Source: a virus
Lineage: Duplodnaviria > Heunggongvirae > Uroviricota > Caudoviricetes
Virus record (IMG/VR): IMGVR_UViG_3300005527_003200
Reading direction: 5' to 3' (one strand)
DNA: 45,033 bases
In this document: in pieces, positions 17,275 to 26,041 of the stretch
Layout of the letters: the number at the start of each line of letters is the position of its first letter
Numbering within the stretch: the stretch's first letter is position 1
Made by a program: the position numbers and the translations under genes
Notes under the pieces: model-generated
Databases searched by the model: none
What the model was told of the DNA's origin: nothing
The model's input: the letters and a program-made list of their open reading frames with translations, nothing else

Positions 17275-17480
17275 TAGTATCTGCTTCCTGGTTGTCCGGG
17301 TTCATTTGATCCGGTGCATTGTAAGTGGTGATCTGTGGAGTGCGGGCACCGTTTGTTGCCACACGTGGGACAAACAATCATTCTGGTTAGCACCCAGGAC
17401 CAACCTGATTCTGTTTCTCTGTCCTTGTTGCAATTATAGCAGAAACACTGATAGTTTGCATCCGGATCGGTAAACATCAT
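17274..17480 (-). CDS. Small Cys/His-rich (Zn-binding) protein
   Basis: CFCYNC...CPTCGNKRCPHSTDHHLQC. Confidence 0.7.
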   Translation of the reverse strand: MMFTDPDANYQCFCYNCNKDRETESGWSWVLTRMIVCPTCGNKRCPHSTDHHLQCTGSNEPGQPGSRY

Positions 17481-17668
17481 GTGCGTCCTGGCGGTAGTTT
17501 GTTGGTACCCAATTGCCGCTCAAATGAACTTTGTGTTTGTAGTTCATCAGGTAAAGGTGGCGGAACCCAACGCGGCTTGGGTTCTTTTTTGCCAAAAATC
17601 TCAGTATGTCTGGCCGCTAGTTCTTCTTGACTGACAGTTGATTGTCGTGGTCTTGATCCTTTGCTCAT
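17477..17668 (-). CDS. Phage hypothetical protein
   Basis: Likely start MSKGSRPR at 17668 (ATGA overlap). Confidence 0.65.
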   Translation of the reverse strand: MSKGSRPRQSTVSQEELAARHTEIFGKKEPKPRWVPPPLPDELQTQSSFERQLGTNKLPPGRT

Positions 17669-17895
17669 TTCTTCAGAGCCTTCCACATTTTTTCTTTTTC
17701 CAATTGTTCCAGCCACTCTTGTTCACCAGTAAAGGTAGCAGTGTCTTTGAGCATTTCTTCCACAGCAAATTTCACACGATACAAGTCTTGTTTACAAGGC
17801 CAATTGTTCCAACCAGTTTCATAATTGTCGTTTGCACCATAGTACATTTTTTGACAGTCAGCAATGACCTTGTCCACGTCCCAGTTGATTATCAT
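17665..17895 (-). CDS. Phage hypothetical protein
   Basis: Likely start MIINWDVDK at 17895, immediately after the groES stop. Confidence 0.65.
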   Translation of the reverse strand: MIINWDVDKVIADCQKMYYGANDNYETGWNNWPCKQDLYRVKFAVEEMLKDTATFTGEQEWLEQLEKEKMWKALKK

Positions 17896-17896
17896 G

Positions 17897-18295
17897 TCAG
17901 TTGTGTTGCATATGACTAGGTTTGGCTTCCACGTGAATGGCACCCGAAAATGTTTCATCTTGCGGCTGTTCGTCACTCACCAGCATGATGTCTTTTGGAT
18001 CTACTCTGCGTAGGGTTTGCTTGCCAGTTTCATCTTCTACTTCAATGCCCCTGGTCCAACGACCATGTGCCACACACACCCATTGTCCCACAGTGACTTC
18101 ATGTTGTTCTGGACCCACAGCATACACTTGTCCCCAGCGTGGACGGATACCGGTGCTTTTGCCGTTGTCGTTCAGCAACACAATACCACCTGTGGTAAAA
18201 CGTTCGTCAAAGGTCATGTCAGTCACAATCACTGAATCATTCAGTGGATGGATTTGATTCTTGTTTAATTGATGTGCGGAATATGCTAGTTTCAT
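17897..18295 (-). CDS. groES: GroES/Cpn10 co-chaperonin (T4 gp31 analogue)
   Basis: IHPLNDSVIV...TTGGIVL...GQVYAVGP...VTVGQWV...DIMLV. Confidence 0.88.
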   Translation of the reverse strand: MKLAYSAHQLNKNQIHPLNDSVIVTDMTFDERFTTGGIVLLNDNGKSTGIRPRWGQVYAVGPEQHEVTVGQWVCVAHGRWTRGIEVEDETGKQTLRRVDPKDIMLVSDEQPQDETFSGAIHVEAKPSHMQHN

Positions 18296-18495
18296 GGTGA
18301 TTTCTTGTGTGTCCGGTTGTACTGTCGATTGACTTGTGCTGTCTTGCTGTTAACCACACCGCCGCGATCGTCAACTACATCGCCTCTTGCGTTGACTTTC
18401 ATATTGCCCACTGCACGAACTTTTTCGTTTTGCAGACGCAATGCGCCCATGTCAATTGATTTTCCTTGAGCTGTTTTATATAAACTTTTTGTCAT
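18292..18495 (-). CDS. Conserved phage hypothetical protein
   Basis: TAAATA box plus AGGAG RBS upstream; VRAVGNMKVNARGD. Confidence 0.75.
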   Translation of the reverse strand: MTKSLYKTAQGKSIDMGALRLQNEKVRAVGNMKVNARGDVVDDRGGVVNSKTAQVNRQYNRTHKKSP

Positions 18496-18513
18496 GATTA
18501 TCTCCTAAAACAA

Positions 18514-18519
18514 TATTTA
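18514..18519 (-). promoter_or_regulatory. TAAATA box overlapping the stop of the DnaE fragment
   Basis: CGT-TAAATA-TTGTTTTAGGAG. Confidence 0.55.
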
Positions 18520-19035
18520 ACGCAAAAACTCCGCAGGATCTAATTCATAGTATAAACTGTTGATTTGATGCACACCCAATTTGTACAGCACAAAACTGGC
18601 TGTACTAGATCCCCGGCCCACGCCCCAAATCAAATTGTTTTGTGTCATTACATCCACAAGGTATTTGAGATAACGCAAGAGATTAAACAAGTCGCGTTCT
18701 TGAAACAACAACAGTTCTTCACCACATCGTTGTAGTTCAGCATCTGTAGTGCATAGACTCAGCACATGTTCTGCTATGTCCATTTGCTGATATTGATCAC
18801 TCATGTACCACCGGCTTTGGCACTCTCGGTCATATTCCTCTGTGGGCATGATGTCCATCAAGTCATTGTAGGCAATTAACTTGGGCACATTGTCCAACAT
18901 GAGTGCGGCTGTTTCCAGGTCCACTGACGAGTCCACTATCATGCCGTCAAAGCCCGACGGGTCAAACCCACGCATGACTAGGTCAACTAGGTCTGCTTCG
19001 TTGAATATCAGTTCACCGTGATTATTTTGCTTCAT
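18517..19035 (-). CDS. dnaE: Stand-alone fragment of DNA polymerase III alpha (N-terminal palm part, lacks catalytic Asp motif)
   Basis: RCGEELLLF...YLVDVMTQNNLIWGVGRGSSTASFVLYKLGVHQINSLYYELDPAEFLR* aligns with DnaE GPGRGSGAGSLVAYALKIT...LLFERFL. Confidence 0.82.
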   Translation of the reverse strand: MKQNNHGELIFNEADLVDLVMRGFDPSGFDGMIVDSSVDLETAALMLDNVPKLIAYNDLMDIMPTEEYDRECQSRWYMSDQYQQMDIAEHVLSLCTTDAELQRCGEELLLFQERDLFNLLRYLKYLVDVMTQNNLIWGVGRGSSTASFVLYKLGVHQINSLYYELDPAEFLR

Positions 19036-19639
19036 GCTTGCGAAAGTTGGGATAGATTACAGTATTACCAGTGGGTTCAATGCGATCTTCTGGCCACATG
19101 AGGCCATATTCGTGCCAAACATTTGGTGTGACTTTGACCACATTGTCGGGCGTTGATTCTGTTTCCAAGGTATGGTGTTGAACAGAAGGATTGTGCCACC
19201 AAGCATCTTCTGCCACTGGCCAGTGTGCAAACACACCAAGATTGTCTTCGTCGTCATGCGAGTACCAAACAGAATCACCCAGCACACTAGAGATATCCAA
19301 ACTGGTCACAGTCATTCGGCCTTCCATGATAGCATTGAGTTTGCAGTATAACATCATGCCAACAATCTGGTCAACTGGTGCTTCAGGCAGGGTGGTGACA
19401 TTGGTACCTAGCATTTGAAACATTTCTGCTTTGTCATGATCTGACGGACCAAAGAACACAGTATTGGCCAAGTCGTGATACACAAAGCATTTGAGTCTTT
19501 CTAATGCAATGTTACTGCTGGCAGCATCTTCAGTTTGAGTTAGCAAACTCACACTAACTGAATAACTGTTAAGTTGCAACTGGTCTTCGTAGTAGATGCC
19601 TGCCAAGAACTCTAGATCATATTGTAGTCGTACATTCAT
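19022..19639 (-). CDS. Phage hypothetical protein
   Basis: 205-aa ORF coupled to its neighbours. Confidence 0.75.
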   Translation of the reverse strand: MNVRLQYDLEFLAGIYYEDQLQLNSYSVSVSLLTQTEDAASSNIALERLKCFVYHDLANTVFFGPSDHDKAEMFQMLGTNVTTLPEAPVDQIVGMMLYCKLNAIMEGRMTVTSLDISSVLGDSVWYSHDDEDNLGVFAHWPVAEDAWWHNPSVQHHTLETESTPDNVVKVTPNVWHEYGLMWPEDRIEPTGNTVIYPNFRKHEAK

Positions 19640-19872
19640 CCGATATTAATTTTGTCTGAAAAGTCGTTATCGCCGGCTGCTTTTTTATAGCTTTCTGCCA
19701 GGCGGGCCTGATATGCATTGTAGTATGTTTCAAGGGCCATGCGTATCTGATCGGCAACATGCCCGTTACCAGTTCTTTGTGCCATGCCCAATTTTTTTTG
19801 TAAATCGCTCACGGTTTGACTCAGTTGTTCTTGAGTCAAATGTGATATGTCACCGATTAGTGGATGTTCCAT
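19636..19872 (-). CDS. Small coiled-coil phage protein
   Basis: 78-aa ORF 5 nt downstream of a -10 box (possibly leaderless). Confidence 0.75.
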   Translation of the reverse strand: MEHPLIGDISHLTQEQLSQTVSDLQKKLGMAQRTGNGHVADQIRMALETYYNAYQARLAESYKKAAGDNDFSDKINIG

Positions 19873-19906
19873 AATGCATTATAACATGCATTACCATCAA
19901 GGTCAA
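19872..19906 (-). promoter_or_regulatory. sigma70 promoter with an 8-bp inverted repeat around the -10
   Basis: TTGACC(19906-19901)-N17-TATAAT(19883-19878); taatgcat (19872-79) / atgcatta (19886-93). Confidence 0.75.
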
Positions 19907-21399
19907 GCCCAGTTGCCCACAGATATCATCGAACTATTGCCTAATGGAATCAATTTGATGTAACTGTTTGGCAACACAGTTGGTGCGCCGCCGGGTGCCG
20001 CCGAATATAGGAACTGTGGTGTGATTGCTGTGGCAGCATTGGTTTTCATAATGCCTTTGAGAGTGATCACAAGGTTCTCAGTGGCCGACGTTGATGCTCC
20101 AGTTACCACCAATGCTGTGGTTGATGTGCCGTAGATTCTGCTGACAGCAGTCAATGCAACACCTGTGGATGTGGTAACATCTGCAGTGTATGTAATACTG
20201 GTCAACGCACTGGATGCATTGAACAACACGGATGTGGTATGACTGGTAGTACCAGCTGCTCGAGTGATATAATACACCGCTTCAAATTCGTATGTGGTTG
20301 ACGCAGCAAGACTCACTGCACTTGGAGATGAAAATACTGCTTGTGCTGATGTGGTGTCAGTCAACGTGTTGTTGGACACTTGCACTCGTAAAAATTGACT
20401 TTGCAACTGCCCGCGCTGGCTGGCTACTGGTGTTGCGTAAAACACTGTGCCGTCATATTCAAATGCACCGGCTATTGGAGTGGTCAGCAATGATCCAGCT
20501 GTAAAATCCAATGCTGCCGCTGATGTTGTGCCGGCGCTGGGATACATGTAACCGTTGATGTTTAGGCCACTGATATTGCCTGTGGCAGTGATCAATCCAC
20601 CAGTGGTCAAGTTGCCACCAACTACGTTGCCAGTAGAAACTACTCGGCCGCCTGTGATCAAGTTGCCACCTGCTGTGTTGCCAGTAGCAGTGATATTACC
20701 AGTAGAAGTTACTGTGGTAAAAGCAGCAACTTTGCCTGCGCCAGTTGCGGTAATATTACCTGTAGCAGTAATGTCATCAGTGTTGATGTCAGCACTGGTA
20801 AAGTTGGTCAGCGCACGGTTCAAGTCAAACAGTGTGATGGTACTGCCGCCATCAGATGTGCTAAATGCAAACTCATAATAACCTGTGGCACCAAATGTAA
20901 TGGTATTGCTCACTCCAGATGTGCCAGGGCTGATGCCTTGAATACCACTCAGCCCCAAACTCACCGCAGCCGGCAGTGTGAGAGTGTGTGCAATGTTGGT
21001 GATATTAAACTGTATACGCATGTATCCATACTCGCCCGATATTGGAAAATTTTGGAATGATAAACTGATGCTGCCAGTGGTAGATATAGTTTGATAATGT
21101 CCTGTTGCGTAATTAACAGTGAGAGCACCCGAAGTACCAGTTATAGCTACTTTAGTGGCTGCAAAGTCTTTTATCAGGGCAGCATACAACAGATTGCCAC
21201 CCATATTGTTGTCCAGGGTTTGTCCAGTTAAGGCTGCTTTAAGAATTGCTTTGGCTTGGAGATCGTTAAGTTCGTCTTCAGCATACTGGAAATTCTGCTT
21301 GGTGTTGGTAAAGTTATCGCGGAATCCTTGACTGTTGTTGTCTTGTCCAGCTACAGGATATGATCCGTCAATGTTGTTTGGGTTAATATTACTTGCCAT
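19903..21399 (-). CDS. Virion fibre/structural protein
   Basis: N-terminal YPVAGQDNNSQGFRDNF with coiled coil, TGN repeats, beta-rich C-terminal domain. Confidence 0.75.
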   Translation of the reverse strand: MASNINPNNIDGSYPVAGQDNNSQGFRDNFTNTKQNFQYAEDELNDLQAKAILKAALTGQTLDNNMGGNLLYAALIKDFAATKVAITGTSGALTVNYATGHYQTISTTGSISLSFQNFPISGEYGYMRIQFNITNIAHTLTLPAAVSLGLSGIQGISPGTSGVSNTITFGATGYYEFAFSTSDGGSTITLFDLNRALTNFTSADINTDDITATGNITATGAGKVAAFTTVTSTGNITATGNTAGGNLITGGRVVSTGNVVGGNLTTGGLITATGNISGLNINGYMYPSAGTTSAAALDFTAGSLLTTPIAGAFEYDGTVFYATPVASQRGQLQSQFLRVQVSNNTLTDTTSAQAVFSSPSAVSLAASTTYEFEAVYYITRAAGTTSHTTSVLFNASSALTSITYTADVTTSTGVALTAVSRIYGTSTTALVVTGASTSATENLVITLKGIMKTNAATAITPQFLYSAAPGGAPTVLPNSYIKLIPLGNSSMISVGNWA

Positions 21400-21411
21400 T
21401 TTTTGTCCTTG

Positions 21412-24400
21412 TTAAGCCAAAATATTGGCTTTGGGAAATACGAGATATTTATCTGAGCGGTCTGACGGATCGTACATATCCACTGGTTCGATAAATTGCA
21501 AACTACCTTGATCAAATATTGTTTCTGTGCTAACCACAGTGGTAGCAGTGATCAAAGGCAGCCATTTTACATAGATTAGATCCTGCGGTGCATTGCCAGG
21601 TCTATAGAGGTATGTGCCACCAGTGTATTTTTGCCCTTGCGTGGTGGTCACATAATCATTGGTCACAGTTTGCGTGTATTCTGTTAGGTTTACAATGTAG
21701 TTTATGGCTTCGGCATTCATGACTCCGGTAGCAGTAACCAAATTTACTGTGGGCCCACCTTGAACATTGCTAATTGCAAATCGATTGTTGCTTGCGTCTA
21801 TTGACACAATGTAATACAGTTGATCACTGCTGATGCCGCCAATCAACGTTCCGGTAAAATAAATTTGATAATTTATACCAAGCAACCCAATGCTACCAGT
21901 GGTAATCCAATTTCCAATGCTGGTGGTTGCTGTACAAATTATATCTCCGCCGGTATTTTCAAGATTCACAGTGTACATGCTCATACGGTCATTGCCATAA
22001 TTTGCAGTCATGGTGCCTGCCGCTGTGCTCAACGTCACAGCAGTACTGGATCCTGCTGTGGCTGTAACTGTAAACGCTCCATAATAAACAGTCATAGATC
22101 CCGAAGCTGAACTCAATCCCAATGCTGATCCGCCTAGAGTTTCACTGACTACAATTGTGGTTGCTGTAGGAACGTCAACCACATAATAGGGTTTGGGCAG
22201 TCCAGTGGCGGCGTATCGAGAAATATTTCCAAAAACTGTGCCGCTGAACCAAACTTCATCACCTATTGCAAACGGAGTACTGCTAGACACAGTGATTCGA
22301 TTTGACCCTGTTAAAGTAGCACTAGCGGTAACGTTGCTCACAGTTCTTACATAGTATACCTCTGTTTGTGCATTGCTATTTTCATTGTCAATGCCACCAA
22401 ACGTGGTGCCAGTGAACCACACTTTGTCTCCAACTGTCATGCCTAGTGTACTGTCGCAAGTAATTACGTTTGTGGAGGCAGTTGTGGCTGTGCAGGTTTG
22501 TGCATATCCTTCATTTACCAATGGACCATAGTCATAAGTTCCTGGAATGGCCACAGCTGAGCTTGCGGCGCTGTCAAACCCTTCTTCGTCAAAACTGTCA
22601 ATGTTGTTGGACCAAGCCTGGTTGAGATCACTGTAGTTGCTGCCAGGTGATCCACTGTAGCCTTCTTGTTTGACAAATATTATTATGCTGCCATCTTCCA
22701 AATACACCTCAGCATCAGGCGCAGGGAAGCTGCCAATTATGACTTCGGTAGTACCATCTATACCACCTAGGGCGTTGATTTCGGCCAAGGTGCGACCGTT
22801 AACATCTGCAAATGCCAGTTCAGTTGCGCCGTTCACTAGACCAAGATCAGTAAATCCAGTGGTGTTCACACGATCAAACGTGGTAAGATTTGGTTGCGGA
22901 GTCCAGTCTTGTGTGGTAGTGTCCCAGTTACGGCTTAGTGTTGCATCAAGCTCATATCGATCAACTTTGAAATCAATTTTGTTCAGTTGATTGCCAAAGT
23001 ATTCTTCAAGGTAATATGCAATTTGTTTGCTGCGATTTGGTTTGGCATAACAGATCACCCAGGCAGGTGTAAATCCCAACACACGACCATTGGATTGTTT
23101 GGAAGTCATCCACAGTGGTAGTTTGGTAGAAATTTGCCCCACAACATCAATCACTTGATCTCTCATGTTGATCAAACTGTTGGGATACACTGATGTCAAT
23201 TGTGTGCTGCCATCTAAGGGATCTATAATAGCATACGGCAGTGTTACTATCTTGTTAACACTTTGTCCACTGGCATTCACTAGATTGTCAATAATTTTGC
23301 TGTAAACCACTTCGTATACAACTTCACCAGTGACTGGATCAACTGCTTGTGCAGTAGAAATTTCACCAAGCACTAGATTTTTCCAATAGTGATTTAAATA
23401 CAGACTTTCCACATAAGTTGAAAAACTGTCAGGAGCAAGTCCAAATGCATGTTCGTATTTCACACGAGTGCTAAGTCCAAAGTTAGGATCGTCTGGGCGA
23501 AATATATAGTCAGGAACAAAAATATCTGTATTGGTCAGCAGTTGTCTGAGTAACGCACGATCATTCTGTGGAGGCATAGCCAACACAAAGAGATTTTGGT
23601 AGGGTTTGTTGTACTCTCTTATCACTCGAACTGTGAATGTTTTAAACACAGAAATCACGTCTCTTGTGCCAGTGGGTGCCATGACTACTGAGAGGTTTGC
23701 TCCTGATCCTGCACCTGTTATTGTGAATGTTGCTGGGCTAGTATATCCAGCACCTTGTTCAGTAATTGTCACAGCAGTAATTGCTCCTGCGCTTGCAGTC
23801 AGTGTACCTTCTGCTTGAACCGCAGTGGCACCAATTGGAGTACTAAATTCTATAGTTGGCGAACTGTAACCAATGCCGCCGCTGTTGACAATAACTTCAC
23901 TGACTTTGTATATAATTTGTTCAGTGTCTTCAGCATAGGCATTTACTGTGAATGTAAACGAGCTGTCCCAAGTGGTTTCTTGAGTGCCTGATATGGTGCT
24001 TTGGCTGCGATCAAATGTGGTTTCTCCTAAGTCAATAGCAAACGTATTAAATGTAACACGGCCTGCTATTTCTCCTGACGGCAGCAATACTAGACCTTGT
24101 GGCAACTCATTGAATGCGCCACTCTTGAGTCTGTACAGTAGTTCTACGCCACCACGATTCACAGCTTCAACTTTGAGCAAGCTGGTTGATCCATTTTCTA
24201 TTGATCCAAGATCGCTTGGAGTGAGCCAGGTAACTTCGGCATCAACTGCTCCTGAGATAGTGAGTGTAAATGGATATAACTGACTTTGTGGAATGTCAAC
24301 TGGCACGCCTTTAAGTTCGCCAGTGGCAGTTGACAGCGTAATGGGCGATCCAACAATGCTGGTAGCAATTTGGAAAGTGGTAGTGGTTGGAATGGCCACA

Positions 24401-26031
24401 ACATAATATGTGGTGCCAGCAGTGATTCCGCCAAAACTGGTTCCTTCAAAAACCACTTCGGCACCAATATAAAAATCTGCTCTTGCAGTACTGTTGCAAG
24501 TTATTATGTTTGTGCCAGCTGTGGTTGCTGTGCAAATTACACTTTTTGCCCGTACCTGAATATTAAAACTGTAGGTTACTTCTGTAACACCTTGATCAGG
24601 AATAAAGCCATAATACCATCCTGAGTTTGGATCCAATGTCAATCCTGGTGGTAGTCCAAACCCTTGATTGACCGAAATGACGTAGTCAAGTTCGTCTTTG
24701 TCGTAGTCTTGTCCAATGAATCTGTATGCATAGTAATTGTCTCCTCGAGCAATGCCAAGATCGCTAGGATCATAATTCAACAAGAACGGAGCACGTTCGG
24801 GAGTTTCATCAGCAGTAACAAACACCGAGTCAGCAGTAATGTATGTGTCATCAGCCACAAGGTCTTCACGATTGTAAACAAATATAGTGAATGTTCTTAT
24901 GTTGCTGGTTTTACCATCAGTGATTTCCAATGTAAATTGATAGTTACGACTCACTGCTGCACTGATAAAGTCAAAAGGTACTGTGGCTATAGGTGTGAGG
25001 TCGTATCCTGGAGTTTCGTCTTCGTTGGGTGCAGGTGCAATATATCCTGAAATCAATCCACTGGTGCTCAGTCGCAATCCTGGCGGCAACTCACCAGCAA
25101 TTTTTCTAATTATCACAGCCTCATTGTTATCAGTAGTGGTGTATTCAATTTGCAATTCAACTCTATCGCCATCATAGTATTCACCAACCACACCGTTGAT
25201 TGGAGTGCTGGTCATTGACTGGCTGATACTAACTGCGTAGGTACCAGTTCCGCCCACACCGTTGATTAGCCCAATGATAGTGGTACCTACTTCGATGCCA
25301 GGCCCTTTGAGACTCATGCCCAGTTGCACAGTTCCAGACACCAATGAAGTAACGTTTAGTGTGGTTCCTGAAATGCTGCCAATAAAGCTCGCAGTATTAT
25401 TGTCTGCAAACGCACCAGCAGGAGTCACAAACTCTGGAATATCATTGCCACTCACAGTAATTTCAAACGTTCGATCTGCAATACGGTCAGGAACTTCGAT
25501 GCCGTTTACCATTTTTTCTGTATATGCTCTTAGCGTAAATTTACTGGTAACATCCTCGTTGACTTCTGTAGGAACACCTTGTAAGCTGGCAACAGCCTGC
25601 GGAACTCCAGCAATCAATCCAGTGGCACTGCATTGAACACCTGCTGGCAGTGTGCCAGCAATCATTCTGTAGTACAATGGTTTGTACAGTCTGGCTACCA
25701 GCAAGCCAGTAGCAGTGGTCAATGCTACAGCAGTGGTGGCAGTGGCAGTGGTTGCAACAGAAAATTGTGTTGCGCTGTTGATTGTAAAAACATAGTATTG
25801 TGCCAGTTGCGTCAACCCACCAAAACTAGTACCATTAAAAACAATAACCTGACCAACTATCATACCAGTGGTGCTGTCGCAAGTTATGAGATTGGTAGTA
25901 GCTGTGGTAGTAGTACAAGTTATTGGGTCGCCCACTGGTGGTGTGGTTGCCCGCATGGACTGCTGGTAAAATACACCTTCGGGTATGACCCCTAGGTCGC
26001 CTGCTGGAGTGATCCAAGTTGGTTGTGCCAT
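21412..26031 (-). CDS. Large baseplate wedge-like protein with Ig-like (LPxGL) repeats and five inserted beta domains
   Basis: W(I/L)TPxxDLG...GxLPxG(L/V) Ig/He_PIG-like units, GxGY(T/S) unit, five TN-IT...FxGTxFGG...YYV domains; located in the tail module. Confidence 0.78.
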   Translation of the reverse strand: MAQPTWITPAGDLGVIPEGVFYQQSMRATTPPVGDPITCTTTTATTNLITCDSTTGMIVGQVIVFNGTSFGGLTQLAQYYVFTINSATQFSVATTATATTAVALTTATGLLVARLYKPLYYRMIAGTLPAGVQCSATGLIAGVPQAVASLQGVPTEVNEDVTSKFTLRAYTEKMVNGIEVPDRIADRTFEITVSGNDIPEFVTPAGAFADNNTASFIGSISGTTLNVTSLVSGTVQLGMSLKGPGIEVGTTIIGLINGVGGTGTYAVSISQSMTSTPINGVVGEYYDGDRVELQIEYTTTDNNEAVIIRKIAGELPPGLRLSTSGLISGYIAPAPNEDETPGYDLTPIATVPFDFISAAVSRNYQFTLEITDGKTSNIRTFTIFVYNREDLVADDTYITADSVFVTADETPERAPFLLNYDPSDLGIARGDNYYAYRFIGQDYDKDELDYVISVNQGFGLPPGLTLDPNSGWYYGFIPDQGVTEVTYSFNIQVRAKSVICTATTAGTNIITCNSTARADFYIGAEVVFEGTSFGGITAGTTYYVVAIPTTTTFQIATSIVGSPITLSTATGELKGVPVDIPQSQLYPFTLTISGAVDAEVTWLTPSDLGSIENGSTSLLKVEAVNRGGVELLYRLKSGAFNELPQGLVLLPSGEIAGRVTFNTFAIDLGETTFDRSQSTISGTQETTWDSSFTFTVNAYAEDTEQIIYKVSEVIVNSGGIGYSSPTIEFSTPIGATAVQAEGTLTASAGAITAVTITEQGAGYTSPATFTITGAGSGANLSVVMAPTGTRDVISVFKTFTVRVIREYNKPYQNLFVLAMPPQNDRALLRQLLTNTDIFVPDYIFRPDDPNFGLSTRVKYEHAFGLAPDSFSTYVESLYLNHYWKNLVLGEISTAQAVDPVTGEVVYEVVYSKIIDNLVNASGQSVNKIVTLPYAIIDPLDGSTQLTSVYPNSLINMRDQVIDVVGQISTKLPLWMTSKQSNGRVLGFTPAWVICYAKPNRSKQIAYYLEEYFGNQLNKIDFKVDRYELDATLSRNWDTTTQDWTPQPNLTTFDRVNTTGFTDLGLVNGATELAFADVNGRTLAEINALGGIDGTTEVIIGSFPAPDAEVYLEDGSIIIFVKQEGYSGSPGSNYSDLNQAWSNNIDSFDEEGFDSAASSAVAIPGTYDYGPLVNEGYAQTCTATTASTNVITCDSTLGMTVGDKVWFTGTTFGGIDNENSNAQTEVYYVRTVSNVTASATLTGSNRITVSSSTPFAIGDEVWFSGTVFGNISRYAATGLPKPYYVVDVPTATTIVVSETLGGSALGLSSASGSMTVYYGAFTVTATAGSSTAVTLSTAAGTMTANYGNDRMSMYTVNLENTGGDIICTATTSIGNWITTGSIGLLGINYQIYFTGTLIGGISSDQLYYIVSIDASNNRFAISNVQGGPTVNLVTATGVMNAEAINYIVNLTEYTQTVTNDYVTTTQGQKYTGGTYLYRPGNAPQDLIYVKWLPLITATTVVSTETIFDQGSLQFIEPVDMYDPSDRSDKYLVFPKANILA

Positions 26032-26041
26032 ATGTTATTTC

